From assembly GCA_044892525.1 (NCBI GenBank), contig CM097885.1, forward strand, positions 24,926,001-24,990,000: a DNA stretch of 64,000 nt. Direction: 5' to 3'. This document shows positions 29,401 to 43,904 of the stretch, in pieces; positions within the stretch are counted from its first letter, which is position 1, and the number at the start of each line of letters is the position of its first letter. Below the pieces are notes generated by a model that was not told the DNA's origin, searched no databases, and worked only from the letters and a program-made list of their open reading frames with translations. The position numbers were made by a program, and so were the translations under genes. Source of the DNA: Schmidtea polychroa. Its lineage: Eukaryota.

Positions 29401-32400
29401 AATCATCCAATAGCTATTGTTTAAATTAGTCAAAGGCATAATTTGTTTGTTTAATTTACCAACATTATTTTCAAAGTAGAATTTAAATATTCAACCAACA
29501 TTATGCTGCTAGGACCCACTATGGGAAGGTGCATTGTTAAGTGCCTGAGATTATATTCGGTTCTTAGCAATCCCTGACCGTAGTGGTTGTAAGTGGCTTT
29601 GACATCACTCAAAGAGGACAAGTAACCAGATTTTTTAAATTGTACATTCATTTATTTTTAGACATTCAATCCTTTTTCAACTCTAGGCCAATTACGAAAT
29701 CCATCGAGATAAATTTTTGAAATGTCGGCGCCGACAAAATCCAAAGCATACCGATCTGCTTTATTTACGAGGGGACTAATGGGAATTCAGTTCATCTCAA
29801 ATTTTTGGATATTTACCTGAATGTATCCAGCTATCTTGGTTAACAATACGAACTTGAGGGAAGTCAGAGAGGTCCTCTTTTTCATTTATTTTCCTACACC
29901 ATTGGCGAGAATTTTCAGTGGCGGAATAATTGGTTATACGGTTAATAATTTTTGTGAAGCAAACAAACTCAGCTACATTTTCGGGACATCCAAAGTGATT
30001 TATGTATTTTCATTTGTCTATTTTATTTTCCTTTTTTACTTTTATTACCACCATGCAGCGAAAGCACTCGTTATTTTAGTTAATAAATTTAGCTAGATTT
30101 TTGAGTTTTGATTTTTAAATAATTTTAATTAAATATTCCAGTTTTTTAATGTAACTTCTGTGTAATTTTTATTTTCTCGGGCAGGTAAATTAACTAGAAT
30201 GTTCCCATCATCCGATAATCTGGGGGGCAAACTATACCTTTATGAGGCTATTATTAATATAGATAAACACATGCACACACACAGACATATACACATATAC
30301 ATGCATATGTACACATACTTATAATTTAAGTTATTAATATTGACGTCGTTTTCCGGGGGATGGGTGTTACTAAAAATAGATTTTAGTGGTTTTCACTAAT
30401 TTTATTGGAGGGTAGGGCCATTGAAGCTAAATTTAGAGATAGGGATTCCCAAAATCAATAATTTGGTTTATGATTTTATTTTTATGAAATAAAAATAATT
30501 ATTTTAATAATATAATAATAATGATAATGATAATAGTTTGAAACAATATTTGAAATATAATTTCAAACAATATTTGTTTATTTATTATTTTTTATTATGT
30601 TTATTTATTATTAAAATCATTTACGCGCTTTTCTTAAGTTAAATCTATTGGAGTCAGATTTACGATTGTGTTAGTTCGAGTGCCTGGCCATCGAACCTAA
30701 CACAATTTTAATTTTGAATAAAATGAGGAAAGAATTAGGCAAAATAAATTATTCTTTTTTTTTCAAATTTTCGGGCTTTCTATGGAAAACTCTCTAGGTA
30801 ATTTTAAAATTAAGGTGGTCACCTTATTTATAAGAGATTTATTATGAAACTGGGAAAACCAGAGATTACGATCTCGGAAAATGGAACGCATTTTGCATGA
30901 GAAACCGAGAAATAATTGATATCTGATCAATATAAAGTAAAGAGGACAATGACAGAAAACGTTACATGAATTTTCAATCCACCCATTGCATCTCATTGTG
31001 GGGGAAAATAAATTTCATGTAGCCAGAAGCTGTTCGGATACATGGGGTATCGCTTTCTGGTATAATCGTGCGCCCAAAGACGGCAAGAATCATAGTGTCA
31101 CTTTTTCAGATGGGTTGTTTAGATATCATTGAAGATTCCCGAAAAGTATAAAGAAGGATTGTGAAATACACTGTGATTTCAAAGTTGGGCAGAAAGTTGT
31201 AGTAAGTCCAGTTCCTATAGAATTAATTGTCCGATGGTCCTGTAAAATTGTTACCGGCATAAATTCATCCACCAATATCGAGATTAACAGATTACCACGC
31301 CACATAGCGGATTTTCGAGTATTGCGAGGTAACTCATTTAAACTAGCGATGTGGAACTCGATTTTGAAGATAATACTATTGATGATGGAAATTCAGGTAA
31401 GAGTGAGGATGATAGACACCCGGCGCGCAACCGAATGAAGTCCGCTTATTTTGATCAGTACGAGCTGGATTCATCGTATGATCACGGTAGAATGTGATAA
31501 TTAAATTAAGAAATGTAATTATTATAAAATCATTACTTTCTTAAAAAGGCAGTATTTGAAAAACTGTTCGTATAGTTGGAAGTAAATATTAATCTCGTGT
31601 TTATTTCTTAATATTTTGAATCATATCGATTCAAAGAAATATAGTAAAAATATAGTAAAGCAAAAATCAGAATGACAATATATAACATAAAATTAAATGG
31701 AAAATGAAAAAGATGGATTGTTTAATAAAGTCAGCAATCTGACCAAAAAAACAACTTTTTCTCATCGTCCAACTGATTGGTACAGCATTGCCGTCGCCAG
31801 CAATGTTCAAATCGTATTACCAGTATAAAATATATGCGAAAGTGAACCAATCCAACCACCATTATAAATTTCTTTGATACAATTAATAAATTAAAATGAA
31901 GTGTTACAAATTGTGTCATATATTTTATAAAACATTACTTGAATACTTTGTCTTTGTTGAAATTAAATTGAATTTATTTTCCACAACAAATTACTTGAAT
32001 ATTTTATAACTTTGATATAATTTCTTTCAATATTTCCGTTTTTTTGTTACAAATTACAACGCATTTTAAATAGAACAATTTAAATTCTTTTTATTTAGAT
32101 TTTCTACTTTTTTCCAATGAATAGGTAAAAATAGTTTTTCATTTTACTTGAATTTTATTGGTCAATTATATATCTGTACTGAAGCTGTTATTAATGAGTA
32201 ATTTATTTAGCATAAAGTTTTTCAATTTTAATCATTTTTCTCAATGCCTAAACTAAGAAAAATAATTGAATTCAATAATGCTATTTAATGCTATCAATGG
32301 AAATGACAGGAAACGGTTTTTCATTTATTTTTAGTGCTTTATTAATCTAGGAAATTTAAATTCATTAATCGTTGAAAATGCTGAATCACTTTTAAACGAT

Positions 32401-34018
32401 AAAGTAATTTACTTCATTTTGTATTTATTGATTTTTGTGATTTAAAAATTGATGGGTGAAAATATAATATAGTAATTTATGTCGATGGAGCAACAATTTG
32501 ACAATAATAGATCTGATGGTCTATATAAGTGTTAGGTACAGCGAATTGATCAGTTTCTAGTGTAAATAAATACTAAAATGAACCTCACGAATATAGGGTG
32601 AATTTGAGATTAGTTCGATTAATAATAAATGAGAGTCGAAATCGTGTCGAGTTTCTACATGGCTTGGGCTTTCCACATAGCTAATAATTATTCATTTAGT
32701 CTTAATTAATTTTTATTTATTGAATATCGTTTATTGGGGACCCCATTGATTTCATATTAGTATATCTGTGTTCGTCTCAACATTCGCAAACCGTACATAC
32801 CATTTTCCCCACGGAATACGTCATTTTGTTTTTGTAATTTTAATTAGTTTTGAAATTTATAAGTTTCAGCATTTTATAGATTTGTACATGTAATATTTTG
32901 CACATTCCGATTTATTTTGAGCTATTTTATACGAACCTCAACTACGACAAATATATATAAAGTAGTATATAATTTTCAAAACTTCTTTCCCCGAAAGGCA
33001 ACTTCCCTCGAAACCGAAAGCAATCCAGAGACTTTAAAGAATCCTTTTTTCTTCAACATGTAAATTAATAAACAATATTTTTAATCTCATCGTCTTGTAC
33101 AAATTGTTGTTAAATTAATAAATCTTCAAACGAAATCTATATTGTTATTTATACAACGCAGTAAACGAAATTATCTTTGGAGTTAGATAGTTGTGTTCGG
33201 TGTTAGTAATCAATTAACCCAATTAGTCAGATCATAACACTATTATTATTACAATAATCCCAATTAAATGGGATTTTTAAAAAAATGAAATATTTTCTTG
33301 GGTTAAAAAGCTCATTTTTAAATATTATTATTATTATGGGCTTGACATTATCAGTATTATAATTGTCGTTAATATATCACATAGTATTGAGTACTCTACC
33401 ATTATAACTAAAATAATAAAATTAATAGATTCAAGGAGGAATCATAATTAAAAGGGAAGATATTTAAGGTAATAGATATTAAGGGACAAAATAAAACGGT
33501 AAAGCTGGAAAGAAAGTTGATCGAAGAAAACAATATCAGATCAGAACTTTTACGAAACTCCAAGAGAAACGAAAAATACAATTCAAGTAAAGCTAAAGAG
33601 AATTATAAATTATCGTACCAGAAAAGCTGATTACCACATTGGCAAACCACCCTACGATAACAAATATCTTGAAAGAAAAGTGCAAATATAATGACAAATT
33701 GTAAATGTTGTAAAATTTGAATAAAGTTGTTCTGTGTTGGGTTTTAGTCATTTATTATAAATCATAACTCAACAAATTGATAAACAAGATATAATTAAAA
33801 TATCAAATATCAAATTAGCTTAGTAATATACTATTATAAACAAAAAATAATTAAATATATTTTTCGATACTCCAAAATTAGTATAAATAACGACCAAAAA
33901 TTACTCCGATCTGTGAACGTAGTCTTAGAAAGTAAATCTTGGAGACTTTAATAAAAGAAAACAGACAAAAACGTTATGGGTTGTTATATAGCGATTATAT
34001 ATAAGAGAATCATTGTAT

Positions 34019-34270
34019 TGTTGGGCTAGAACTGAATTCTAGACCCAAAATCTTGCAAATGTGATGAAATGCGGTGGCAAATAACACGCATACTTAGCAT
34101 TAAGTTTAGTCAAATAAAAAATATGCAACATCAAATAAACAATAATAAGTAAGAGTAAAAATAACAGAAAATAAAAACATTTAAATTAAAAAATAAAACA
34201 AGACAGGATGCAAGAAGTATCACAGGACAATTGACTTAAACACAACAGAAAAACACAAAAAATTAGTTGG
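34019..34270 (+). repeat. Diverged LTR-like 5' fragment related to family 1
   Basis: TGTTGGGCTAGAACTGAATTCTAGACCCAAA followed by a diverged A-rich tract. Confidence 0.6.
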
Positions 34271-34549
34271 AATCATCAATAATCATGTGTTTTTTTAATT
34301 AGTAGTACATTTATCTCTTAGCGTTGGTACCATAGTTATTACTAATAAATGAATTTATTTTAGATCTTTATTTTAAAACTATTTCTTTTATTCTAAGTAT
34401 TGTTACCGCAATAGCACAGGATAAGCCTGAAGGCTCAGTATTAAGCATGTACCCGTATTATATTGAGATTAACAGTACTCTCGCTCAGGAGAGAAGGATA
34501 GGATATGTAGGAGAACCATCTAACTCTATTTTCATAATTTTAGTGTTCA

Positions 34550-34950
34550 AACTCTTCGCGAATATAAGAAAGTACCGGGAACAAGCCCAACAACAAGTCG
34601 AAAGCCTCCGAACGAGCATCGCAAAGTTCAAGGGGCGGTGCAGAGAAATGGAACGCACTTGGTTCAGCCCCGAAGATATGAAGAAACGTATGGGACAAAT
34701 CGAACTCCTGAAACTTTAAAGTGAGCAGGACAAAAACGAAATCCGCGCGCTGAAAATATAATTTCGCGCGATGGAAACGCAACTTAACCAGGAGGCCATT
34801 GACGAGCATGTTGCTGCAGCAATTTGCCCAATGTCCACAGAGCTGGCAGAGATCCATGCAGCTTAGTCAAGCAAGTCAAAGCGCAATAGGCTAGGTCGGG
34901 ATGGAAGAAAACGCTTGAAGCGACTCCGGATGGCCGAACAGGAGCGCCCG
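34550..34950 (+). pseudogene. Orphan coiled-coil ORF relic (TWFSP motif)
   Basis: Homologous to 24830-25336; in-frame stop at 34717-34719. Confidence 0.45.
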
Positions 34951-35205
34951 GTGAAAAAAACTTTGGGAAACGCTGATGTAGATTTTACATCTGCACGTTT
35001 AATTTCATAAAAATTTAATTTAGGCCATCTAATTACGAATTTTTGCTATATTTTGTCCAGTTTTATATTCCAAACTTCCATTTCATAGTGCCATCACTAA
35101 TGTAGATAATAGAGAAGTTATCATTTAATTTCTCAAATCCGAGCACGCATACTTTCCCATGAAATCTCAATAAATAACTATTTTTTATGTGGAACTTATA
35201 CAGAT

Positions 35206-36700
35206 TGTTGGGCTAGAAAGTAAGGCAATAATTTAAAAAAGCATAAGAGGAAACAATAAGGAATAAAATAAAATTAGGGAACAAAGCAAAAATAAATTAA
35301 AAACACAGACAAATAAACAATAGGAATAAATAATAACAAATTAACCAAAGAGAATTAAAACAAAAAATAAAAAATGAAAAATTAAGATGTGGAAACCGGA
35401 AAAAATAGTAAAATAATAGAAATTAAATAATAAATAAGAAAATTAATAAAAAACAAAAGAAAACGGTATGGAAACACCAAGAAAACTACGAAAAACAAAG
35501 AAAACGAATTAAATTAAAAAATTACACCGCACTCAATTCTGATTGGCTCTCATAAACATAAAAATTAGTATATAAGGAAAACACTGAAACAGAACTTTCA
35601 GTGTTAATCAAAAACTCATTAAGGTACTTCACCACCAGGAATTCACTACCACACAGGACTACCCAAGAATATTAGCCAGATAAATCACTCGGAGAACCAT
35701 TTCAAATTTATACAGAGTAAATTTTGTTATTTGTTATAAACCTTTTTATTAAGTATTTTGGAATATAGTAATTATTGTAATAACTTTACTTCAATGAATT
35801 TTTAAAGGTTTTTCCTGTTCACCAATAAATCTTATATAAAATTTTCGTAATTCACTCTTATTTTAGATTTTTATTGAATATTATAAAATTTTAGCTATTA
35901 TGAATTTTACAATATGCTATTTATTTTTGAGATATCAAGCGACACATAGTTCAACTGGCCACAGCTTGAGGGACACGGGTTGTTCCTCTCGCTAGAAGGT
36001 CAGGTGCGACATCAGCGACGTAGTGGCTGAGCGGGTCATCGTTGTGGCTTCCTCACTGATCCGTCGCCACAGGAAGAGCGGAGCTAAAAAATAGTAGAGA
36101 GGAATAATGCAATGAAAAATGGAAAGTTTTCAGGAAAGTAGTGTGAGATTCTTCGCAATGGCTAGGATGATCAAATCCTCGTACGTCGGACGTCGCCGGA
36201 AAGTTATTAAATCTTGATTTTCACCGTCATCGTCGTAACTCGTACAAACTTCGTATATCGCGCTAATCTAGACTTTTCATCATAAACTCGATCGTTGCTC
36301 CAGTAAAATCGACACTCTTCTAGAACACTAATAAAGATTGTGTATGTTAATTTATTGAAAAGGAAAAAAATTAATAATAAATCTTTCGTCTTTTGTCTAC
36401 TTTAATTGAATTTACTGTTGGGGTACCACTCGGTTGACAACTCTACGTTAGTGGCTGGCCTAAGGGTTGATTGTCCATCTCGCATAGAATTCGTTTTCAC
36501 CTTTTCAACTTGGAGCGGAACCCCACATAACTTACCCTCCAGCATAGGGCCCGTGAATTACTTCACGTTGGTACTGCACTATGCAGGCGAGACGTCAGCA
36601 AGCAGGTGAGCTTCTGCCTTAAAACTACTCCTTGCTGAGGCCTCGACTTTCCACACCTGACTGCCGATGGAAGGACTTACGTCTAACAACGCTATCAGAC
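35206..36700 (+). repeat. LTR-like repeat, family 2, with CCAAT and TATA boxes
   Basis: Starts TGTTGGGCTAG. ATTGG at ~35541 and TATATAA at ~35568 fall in a block shared with ~13460-13502. The end is approximate. Confidence 0.5.
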
Positions 36701-37407
36701 CCTTCGCTGGGTATTACGCCGGATGCAAATTGACGGATACATACTGGTTATCAAAACCCTGAATTAATTGAATGATTGCTACCTAAATTTCTCTAAAGTT
36801 TTCCAAACCAGTTATTATTACCGACTCCTTAATATACCGTACCGCATATCACCCTAATATTATCGTTCCCGAAACATACCTGAACATCGTTCGTTACCTT
36901 TGAGTACAGTTTAAAAATACCTTTGATTATATAAACTAAGTTTTTTCATTATTAAAATGTGCTTAATTATCAATTAGACTGACACCAATTATTAGTTAAG
37001 CAATATTTTTAATTCTTATCGAGAATATCTTGAATTTCTATTTCCGATATTTATAAGATTTAAGGAAATGATTCGTTATAAAATTCCGTTAACGAATCTG
37101 ATGGTTAGTAGCTTATTCAGTCAATATTTCTCTAAGGTTAGCTATGATATTATAGTTAAGATCGCAATTGTTATCTATGATATTTAATAGAACAAGGTTC
37201 AGGACCATTTGTAACGCTCAGGCTTAAAAATCCCGATTCTATTATTAGCGCTTGGTTTAAGTTTTCCATCGTTGGTTAGCATGTCCTGATTATCCCTAAT
37301 TAATTTAGCAAGTCCGTTATCGTCTAAATTATTTAATTATACTTGTCTACAATTATTCACTTAGTAATTCTGTTACCCTTTAAATTATTTAATTCAAATC
37401 ATAATTG

Positions 37408-38748
37408 TGTTGGCCTAGAACTGATTTCTAGACCCAACCTTATAATTGTGACTGAAATGTGTAGGTGCACAACATACAAAAAAGCAAAAAGTATTGCTAA
37501 ATATTAAAAACTACACCAAATAAACAATGGTAATTAAAGGAGAAAGCAACAAAAAATAAACACAGAAATTAAATAAAATTATACAAAAGCAAGAAGTTAT
37601 GCAAAATCTAACTCAAAAATAACCAAATAAACATAGAGTTACAAGAAACAAACTCGAATAACTTAAAAGATGGTAAAAACAGAAAAAAATTCCAGAAAAA
37701 CCGAGAACATTCCATAAAAATGGCGATGACCATCGTAAAAGCTACCTTAAACAATAAAATTTAGAAAAATAAATAAATTAGTAATAAAAATAAAGAAAAT
37801 CTTAAAAAGAAATTCATAAGACATCACTAAAATAAAAATTAAATTAAAATTAACATGGAATGTTCTGGAACCGTTCCAAATCCATCATGGACGTAAAATT
37901 AATGAAAAATAATTATAAAATAAAAATATAGAAATAAAAACAAAAATTATGGCACTAAAATTGCCACTAAAAATATCAAAATCGCAAAATAGAAAATTCT
38001 GGAATAAAAAGAATTCGAGTTTGTTTTAATGCATCAATACATACACGTGTACAAAATAGGTATATATACCGACGCATTTTAGTCACAAGTTAATCTTTAT
38101 GCCAAATTTTTTTTGTTATTATTATTGTTCTATTGAAAAATTTTAAAGAACTGTTTTTTTTATTTTATTTTATGTATTTTTACCATATTAATTGTATTTT
38201 GAGTATCTATTGAACAATTATATTGAAAGATTTAATCTTAATATGATTCTGATAAAGGAATCCCCATTTAAATTTTTTGAGGGATCAACATTGATCGAAT
38301 TTATCATCGATTTTGGTCCGTCTCGCATAATATTTTTTTTGCTATTTCAACAACATCTACAACGTCATTGTGCACGCAGCGTTGACGTATGCAGGCCACT
38401 GCCTGGCATGCACCTCAGTACTATAAAGGGTGGGGTCGTCGGAGGTCGTACCGACTCAGTGGTATACGCCGCTGGGTTCGTCGATGAATCACCTCCGGGC
38501 GATGGAGTTCTCGGAACACGTTATTGGTTATTATAATACGGTAGTATATTACCGATTACATTCACAATAGGGCTTGTCGTAGGGAGTACAGTGAGGCCCC
38601 GAAAGCAGGCAATGTTCTGTAAATTTGACTTTGTTTTCATGCATAAAGTACATATAACGTATACACTAAAAATCAACACGAATACAGTACACTAGGTATG
38701 ATAAACGGAGTAAAGCTCCAGACTCAATTAATTACACTGTCGAATACA
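37408..38748 (+). mobile_element. Probable solo LTR, family 1
   Basis: TG...CA ends with a candidate 5-bp TSD AATTG (37403-37407 and 38749-38753). The first ~700 bp closely match the copies at 41688 and 28899(-). TATATATA lies near 38061. Confidence 0.65.
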
Positions 38749-38756
38749 AATTGTAG

Positions 38757-39090
38757 TTCATACTACTTATATATACTACTCATTAACCTGTATTTCGGAT
38801 AAAAATTTATATCTTATATACAATCCTTCGTACTACTTATATATACTACTCATTAACCGTATTTCGGATAAAAATTTATATCTTATATACAATCCTTCGT
38901 ATTACTTATATATACTACTTATTAACCGTATTTCGGATAAAAATTTATATCTTATATACAATCCTTCATACTACTTATATATTCTACTCATCAACCTGCA
39001 TCTCGGATAAAAATTTATATCTTATATACAATCCTTCATACTACTTATACATACCTATTCATTAACCGGTATCTCGGATAAAAATTTATA
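38757..39090. repeat. 69-70-bp tandem repeat, ~4.7 copies, upstream of the decayed pPolB
   Basis: Unit TACTACTTATATATACTACTCATTAACCGTATTTCGGATAAAAATTTATATCTTATATACAATCCTTC(G/A). Confidence 0.92.
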
Positions 39091-39775
39091 ATTTGTGATT
39101 TTATAAATTACCCTCATAACAATCTATAATAATACTAGTGTATATATCATTCATAAAATCGATTTTACGAATTCACCCTATAATATCCTATTTATAAATA
39201 TTCGTCTTAATATTACTGAAATATACTATTTGTAAATATACACTTCTAAGGCATTATAAATTCCAATCACACCCCCATAATTTTATAACAACTTATACAC
39301 CTACACTTACATTTATACACTGATATATATATATACTACTTATAGAGGAGAATCATAAATTTCATTCTGATAAATTACCCCTTTCATATTCTCCCCTTAC
39401 CTATACTACTATTTAAATGTATTATGAAAAAGGTACGATAAAAATTTCATAAATTGGAAATCTGGGAAACGCCTCCTTTTTGTTGATAATTCTATATATA
39501 TCTATATCATATTATGTGCATATTACCTATAAATGACAATTTTAAAAAATAACACCCCTTTTATGATATTCTACATCGTTAGAACACAAAAACTATAAGT
39601 AGTATATACGAAGTTCGATATCCCGCAAAGGTGATGTCTGCACACTCCAAAAGATGTGTGTGTGTATCTTGTAGGCCCAAGAGGTCTTGATCATTTGCCC
39701 GCAGGTCTATAGGCAGAGGATTGCGGGCAGCGGGATATCGAAAATCATAAACCAATATAATTTTTTTACTAAAAA

Positions 39776-41687
39776 ATGGCAACAAAACGAAATGCAAAAC
39801 CGATTCCTAAAAAAGGAATTCATTGCAAATAAAAAACTTAGAAGAGGAAATTAGACTTTTAAAAGCACAACTGAAAAAGACAGAAGATGAAAACAAGCGC
39901 CTACGTCAAGAAAATTTAATGACAAAAGTTTTTAAGGAACTATTGTTTAAAACCCAAGAGCGAGAGAAGAGAAAAAACCAATGGAGAGATATTTTTAAAG
40001 TTACAAGATAGACAAAAACAAAGGGATTTAAAGGCACAAGTATTAAAAGACCTAATGTTTAAAATTCATGGGAGAAAAAAACACGAAGAGACCCAAATAA
40101 ACTATTTTAATGAATATTTTTCAGTTGTACTTGAAGATGGAGATGAAAAAATTCAAGGATTTATGGTTAGTATTTTTGGAGTGTTGAGAAATACTAGGAC
40201 AAACACATCCCAAGAATTAAATCAACCTTTAAATATGTTCACTCGGAAAATGTTGCAAGCATATAGAGTCCTTCAATGAAAAATCCGACATGGATGAATA
40301 TAGGTTCACAGGAATATTAAAATTCACAAAAGACGAGTTTAGAGTGTTGGAGAGAAGTGATTTTGGAAGGGGAGTTAATTTTAAATTTAAAATTCAAGAA
40401 TATAAGAGTGAGTATTTTTATATACCCTCAGGTGGGAATTGTTTTATTAAATGTGTGATAGAAATTATTTATAAACATTTGAGCAATAAATCAATTCAAG
40501 AAATCACACAATTTTTAACACAAAGATTATCCACTGACAATTGGGTAATTCGCCACCAAGAAAACGAATGGTGTTTAACTTCAAAACTCGATGAAACTTG
40601 TTATAATGGAAGTTTAAATAAATGTCTTTCAATAATAATGACAGAAAGATATAAAGAATACTTGTATAAAAACGAAGGTGATTATCGTGGTGGAATTATG
40701 ACTCTAGCTAAAATACCTAGTTTTTGTGCAAGTCAAAAAATTAACATTTTATATTATAGTGGTAAAGACCGACACTTATACCCCAAACAAAATGTAAAAT
40801 CATGTGAATTTGAAATGGTAATATATTTATTTGAAAACCATTTCTGTTTAATAAATAAACATCATAAAAACGAAGCAATAAAAGAAATAAACAAAAATTA
40901 AAATAAAAAATTATGTAGATTGTAAATTTGAAAATGTTTCAAAGTTTCAGAGTATCAAACAACCACAAAAAAATATCTGAAGATGAAACATTTGCGTGGG
41001 ATTTGGAAACTTCACCAAACATAACAAATGATAATTATTTTAAACCATGGGCAGCCGGATTAATATCTCTAAAAGATGTTTAAAATGTTTTGGGTGAAAA
41101 ATTAGAATTTATCCAAGATTCAAAAAAACAAGACTTGTTAAAACCAAAAGCAAAAATATTTACAGGATTTAATTGTATAACCCAAATGCTTAAATATATA
41201 GGAAACATTCCAAATCAAACAAGTGCAATATTGATCGCTCACAATGGAAGTAAGTTTGATAATTATTTAGTATTACAAGAACAAGGAATTTTTCCATACA
41301 AAATTTTAAAAACATCACAAGGTATAATAAACCTACAATATAAAAATATTTATACATCAAAGAAAAATCAAGATTTAATTAAAAAAAGATTTAGAGAGAA
41401 ACACCCAAATATTAAAAAAATAGAAGGAAAAAGATTTTTTCAAAGAATCACATTTAGATGTTCATTGAACCATATAAAAAATAGTTTGAAAAACATATGT
41501 ACAGCATTTAAACTTCCAAAAGAATTAAGTAAATCAGGATTAGATCATAATAAAATAACTTTGGAATGGGCACCATATTTAAAACTAGATGTTATCTCAT
41601 TAGCTATAATTATTATAAAATATTCTTCAACAATGGAAAATTTGGTTGAACAAAACATGTCGTCGTGTATGTCATCACCATCACTAG
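39776..41687 (+). pseudogene. polB: Decayed Polinton/adintovirus-type protein-primed PolB, N-terminal half, second lineage
   Basis: Across frameshifted ORFs: YIPSGGNCFIKC and NHFCLI (OTU-like Cys/His), AWDLET (ExoI), IAHNGSKFDNY (ExoII), FRCS...SLKNIC.AFKL and YLKLDV (ExoIII). Cut at 41688 by an LTR-like repeat. Confidence 0.82.
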
Positions 41688-43010
41688 TGTTGGGCTAGAA
41701 CTGACTTCTAGACCCAAATTTCTAATTGTGACTGAAATGTGTAAGTACACAGCATGCAAAAAGCAAAAAGTATAGTTAAATATTAAAAACTACACCAAAT
41801 AAACAATAGTAATTAAAGGAAAAAACAACAAATAATAAACACAGAAATTAAATAAAATTATGCAAAATAGAACTCGAAAATAATCAAATAAACACAGATA
41901 AACATAAAATAGACTCGAATAACTTAAAAGACGATAAAAACCGAAAAAATTGCAGAAAAACCCAGAACATTCCATCAAAATGGCGATGACTATCACAAAA
42001 GCCAGCTAGAACAATAAAAGTTAGAGAAAATAAACAAATTAGTATTAAAAATAACAAATCTTAAAAAGAAATTCATAAAAAAACCAGTTAGAATAAAAAT
42101 TAAATTAAAAGTAAAATAGAATGTTCTGGAACCGTTCCAAATCCGTCATGGACGTCAAATTAACGAAAAATAATTAAAAAAATAAAAATTTAATAATAAA
42201 AACAAAAATTATGGCACAAAAATTGCCATTAAAAATATAAAAATCGCAAAATAGAAAATTCTGGAATAAAAAGAATTCGAGTTTGTTTTAATGCATCAAT
42301 ACATACACGTGTACAAAATAGGTATATATACCGACACATTTCGGTCATAATTTAATCACTTTTATGCCAATTTTTGAAGAAAATTTTGCCGACAAAAACA
42401 GTAAGGATTGTTGATTTGTTTTATTTTATTTGTACATTAATGAATTAATTTTGATTTTTATTTGTGTTGAGGATCTATTCTTCAATTTTTTTTGTTGTTT
42501 ATAGTAATGGTTTATTTGGGGAAACTTAAAGTAATTACATATGTTGATGTTTCTTACTTTCGATTTTTCTCCAGGATGCACGAATGTTCAACGGCGTACT
42601 GGTATTCCTGCGTCGTTGTTCAGTCCTGCATCCAATTTATTTAAAATTTTTTTTTGTACATGCATTATTAATACTATATCGATTTACTATTATATCGTCC
42701 TCTTTTTGTTCGGGTCCTTCGGAGGTCGAACTACTTCATGGTCAGGCCATGGAGTTAGGTCGAGGAAACCCTCCGACTGACTCTTTGTATTTATTAAAGG
42801 TCAGCCGTAAGTGGTTGATTTAACACATAACATTAAGGTTTGTGGAAGTGGTCACAGTGGGGCCATGGAAGCAATATTCTTCCCGACCTTTGCTTAATAC
42901 ACAATTAATTTCAACATTTAAAATCATAGACAACATCTCTACACTAAGGTATTAATCTGAGCAGAGCTCATACCTAAACTTACACAATACTGCACTCACA
43001 CTCATGTAGT
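41688..43010 (+). repeat. LTR-like repeat, family 1, interrupting the pPolB relic
   Basis: Starts TGTTGGGCTAGAACTGACTTCTAGACCCAA and is colinear with the 37408 copy; the 3' half is much more diverged. The end is approximate and no TSD was found. Confidence 0.7.
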
Positions 43011-43776
43011 TGGTTGACTCCTAAAAGTAATTTCAAGTATAATTTAACAGGCTAATTCAAAGTGAACGTAGGTATTCCAGATCAAATTTCCACTTTAAAA
43101 TGTTCATGAACGACTAAATAATTGGTTATAAATTTTAAATACTTCAGTATGGATTTCGAGTCCGGATATTCTAAATCATGGTTAACTAGGAAAGCCATTT
43201 TTATTTTAAAAACACAAATGATGAAGATCGTAAATGTTATATATAAATTAGGTCGAGTCTAAAAATCATCAAATCCCCATAGTTATCGTCGAATTTTGCT
43301 AGAAATAGTGGTATAGGGAGTTTGATTTATAACCAATTATGTATTAGCTATATATGTATATTAATTCTGAGAATATAATAATGGTAGATAAATTTCACCA
43401 TCATAAATAATTAGGGAACAATATTGATTATAAAAGGTAATTTAGAAAAGTTGACCATAAAATTATAAAGTATAAAATATAAAGTTGCCAATCATAATTA
43501 GTTATATATATGATGTTATGGATATGAACTATAAATAATTGTATGTCTTAACCATAAAGGTAGAGTATACAAATAATTCGAGGAAAATTTGTATATTTTG
43601 TAAACAAGTATAAATATGAAGTATAAATGTGGAAGTAAATTATAAATAGTTATGGATAGAAAATCTTACTAAAATCATAAATTATAAATGGAAATAATTG
43701 TATTTGTTAATTTTATCATAATCGTTCTCATTAGTGTTGTTATTATCCTGATTATTGTTATGATTATTGTTAATAC

Positions 43777-43828
<52 letters not shown>

Positions 43829-43862
43829 GATATTATTATTATCATTATACTATCATAATATT

Positions 43863-43904
<42 letters not shown>

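Noticed and set aside
38757..39090. CRISPR-like array, also considered for the TIR arrays and 7600-8010
   Set aside because: Whole units repeat with no unique spacers, there are no cas genes, and the context is eukaryotic.
37408..43010. LTR retroelement that captured a polB fragment between two LTRs
   Set aside because: The two LTR-like copies diverge strongly in their 3' halves, the first has its own candidate TSD, and no PBS or PPT was seen. Independent insertions are the simpler explanation.
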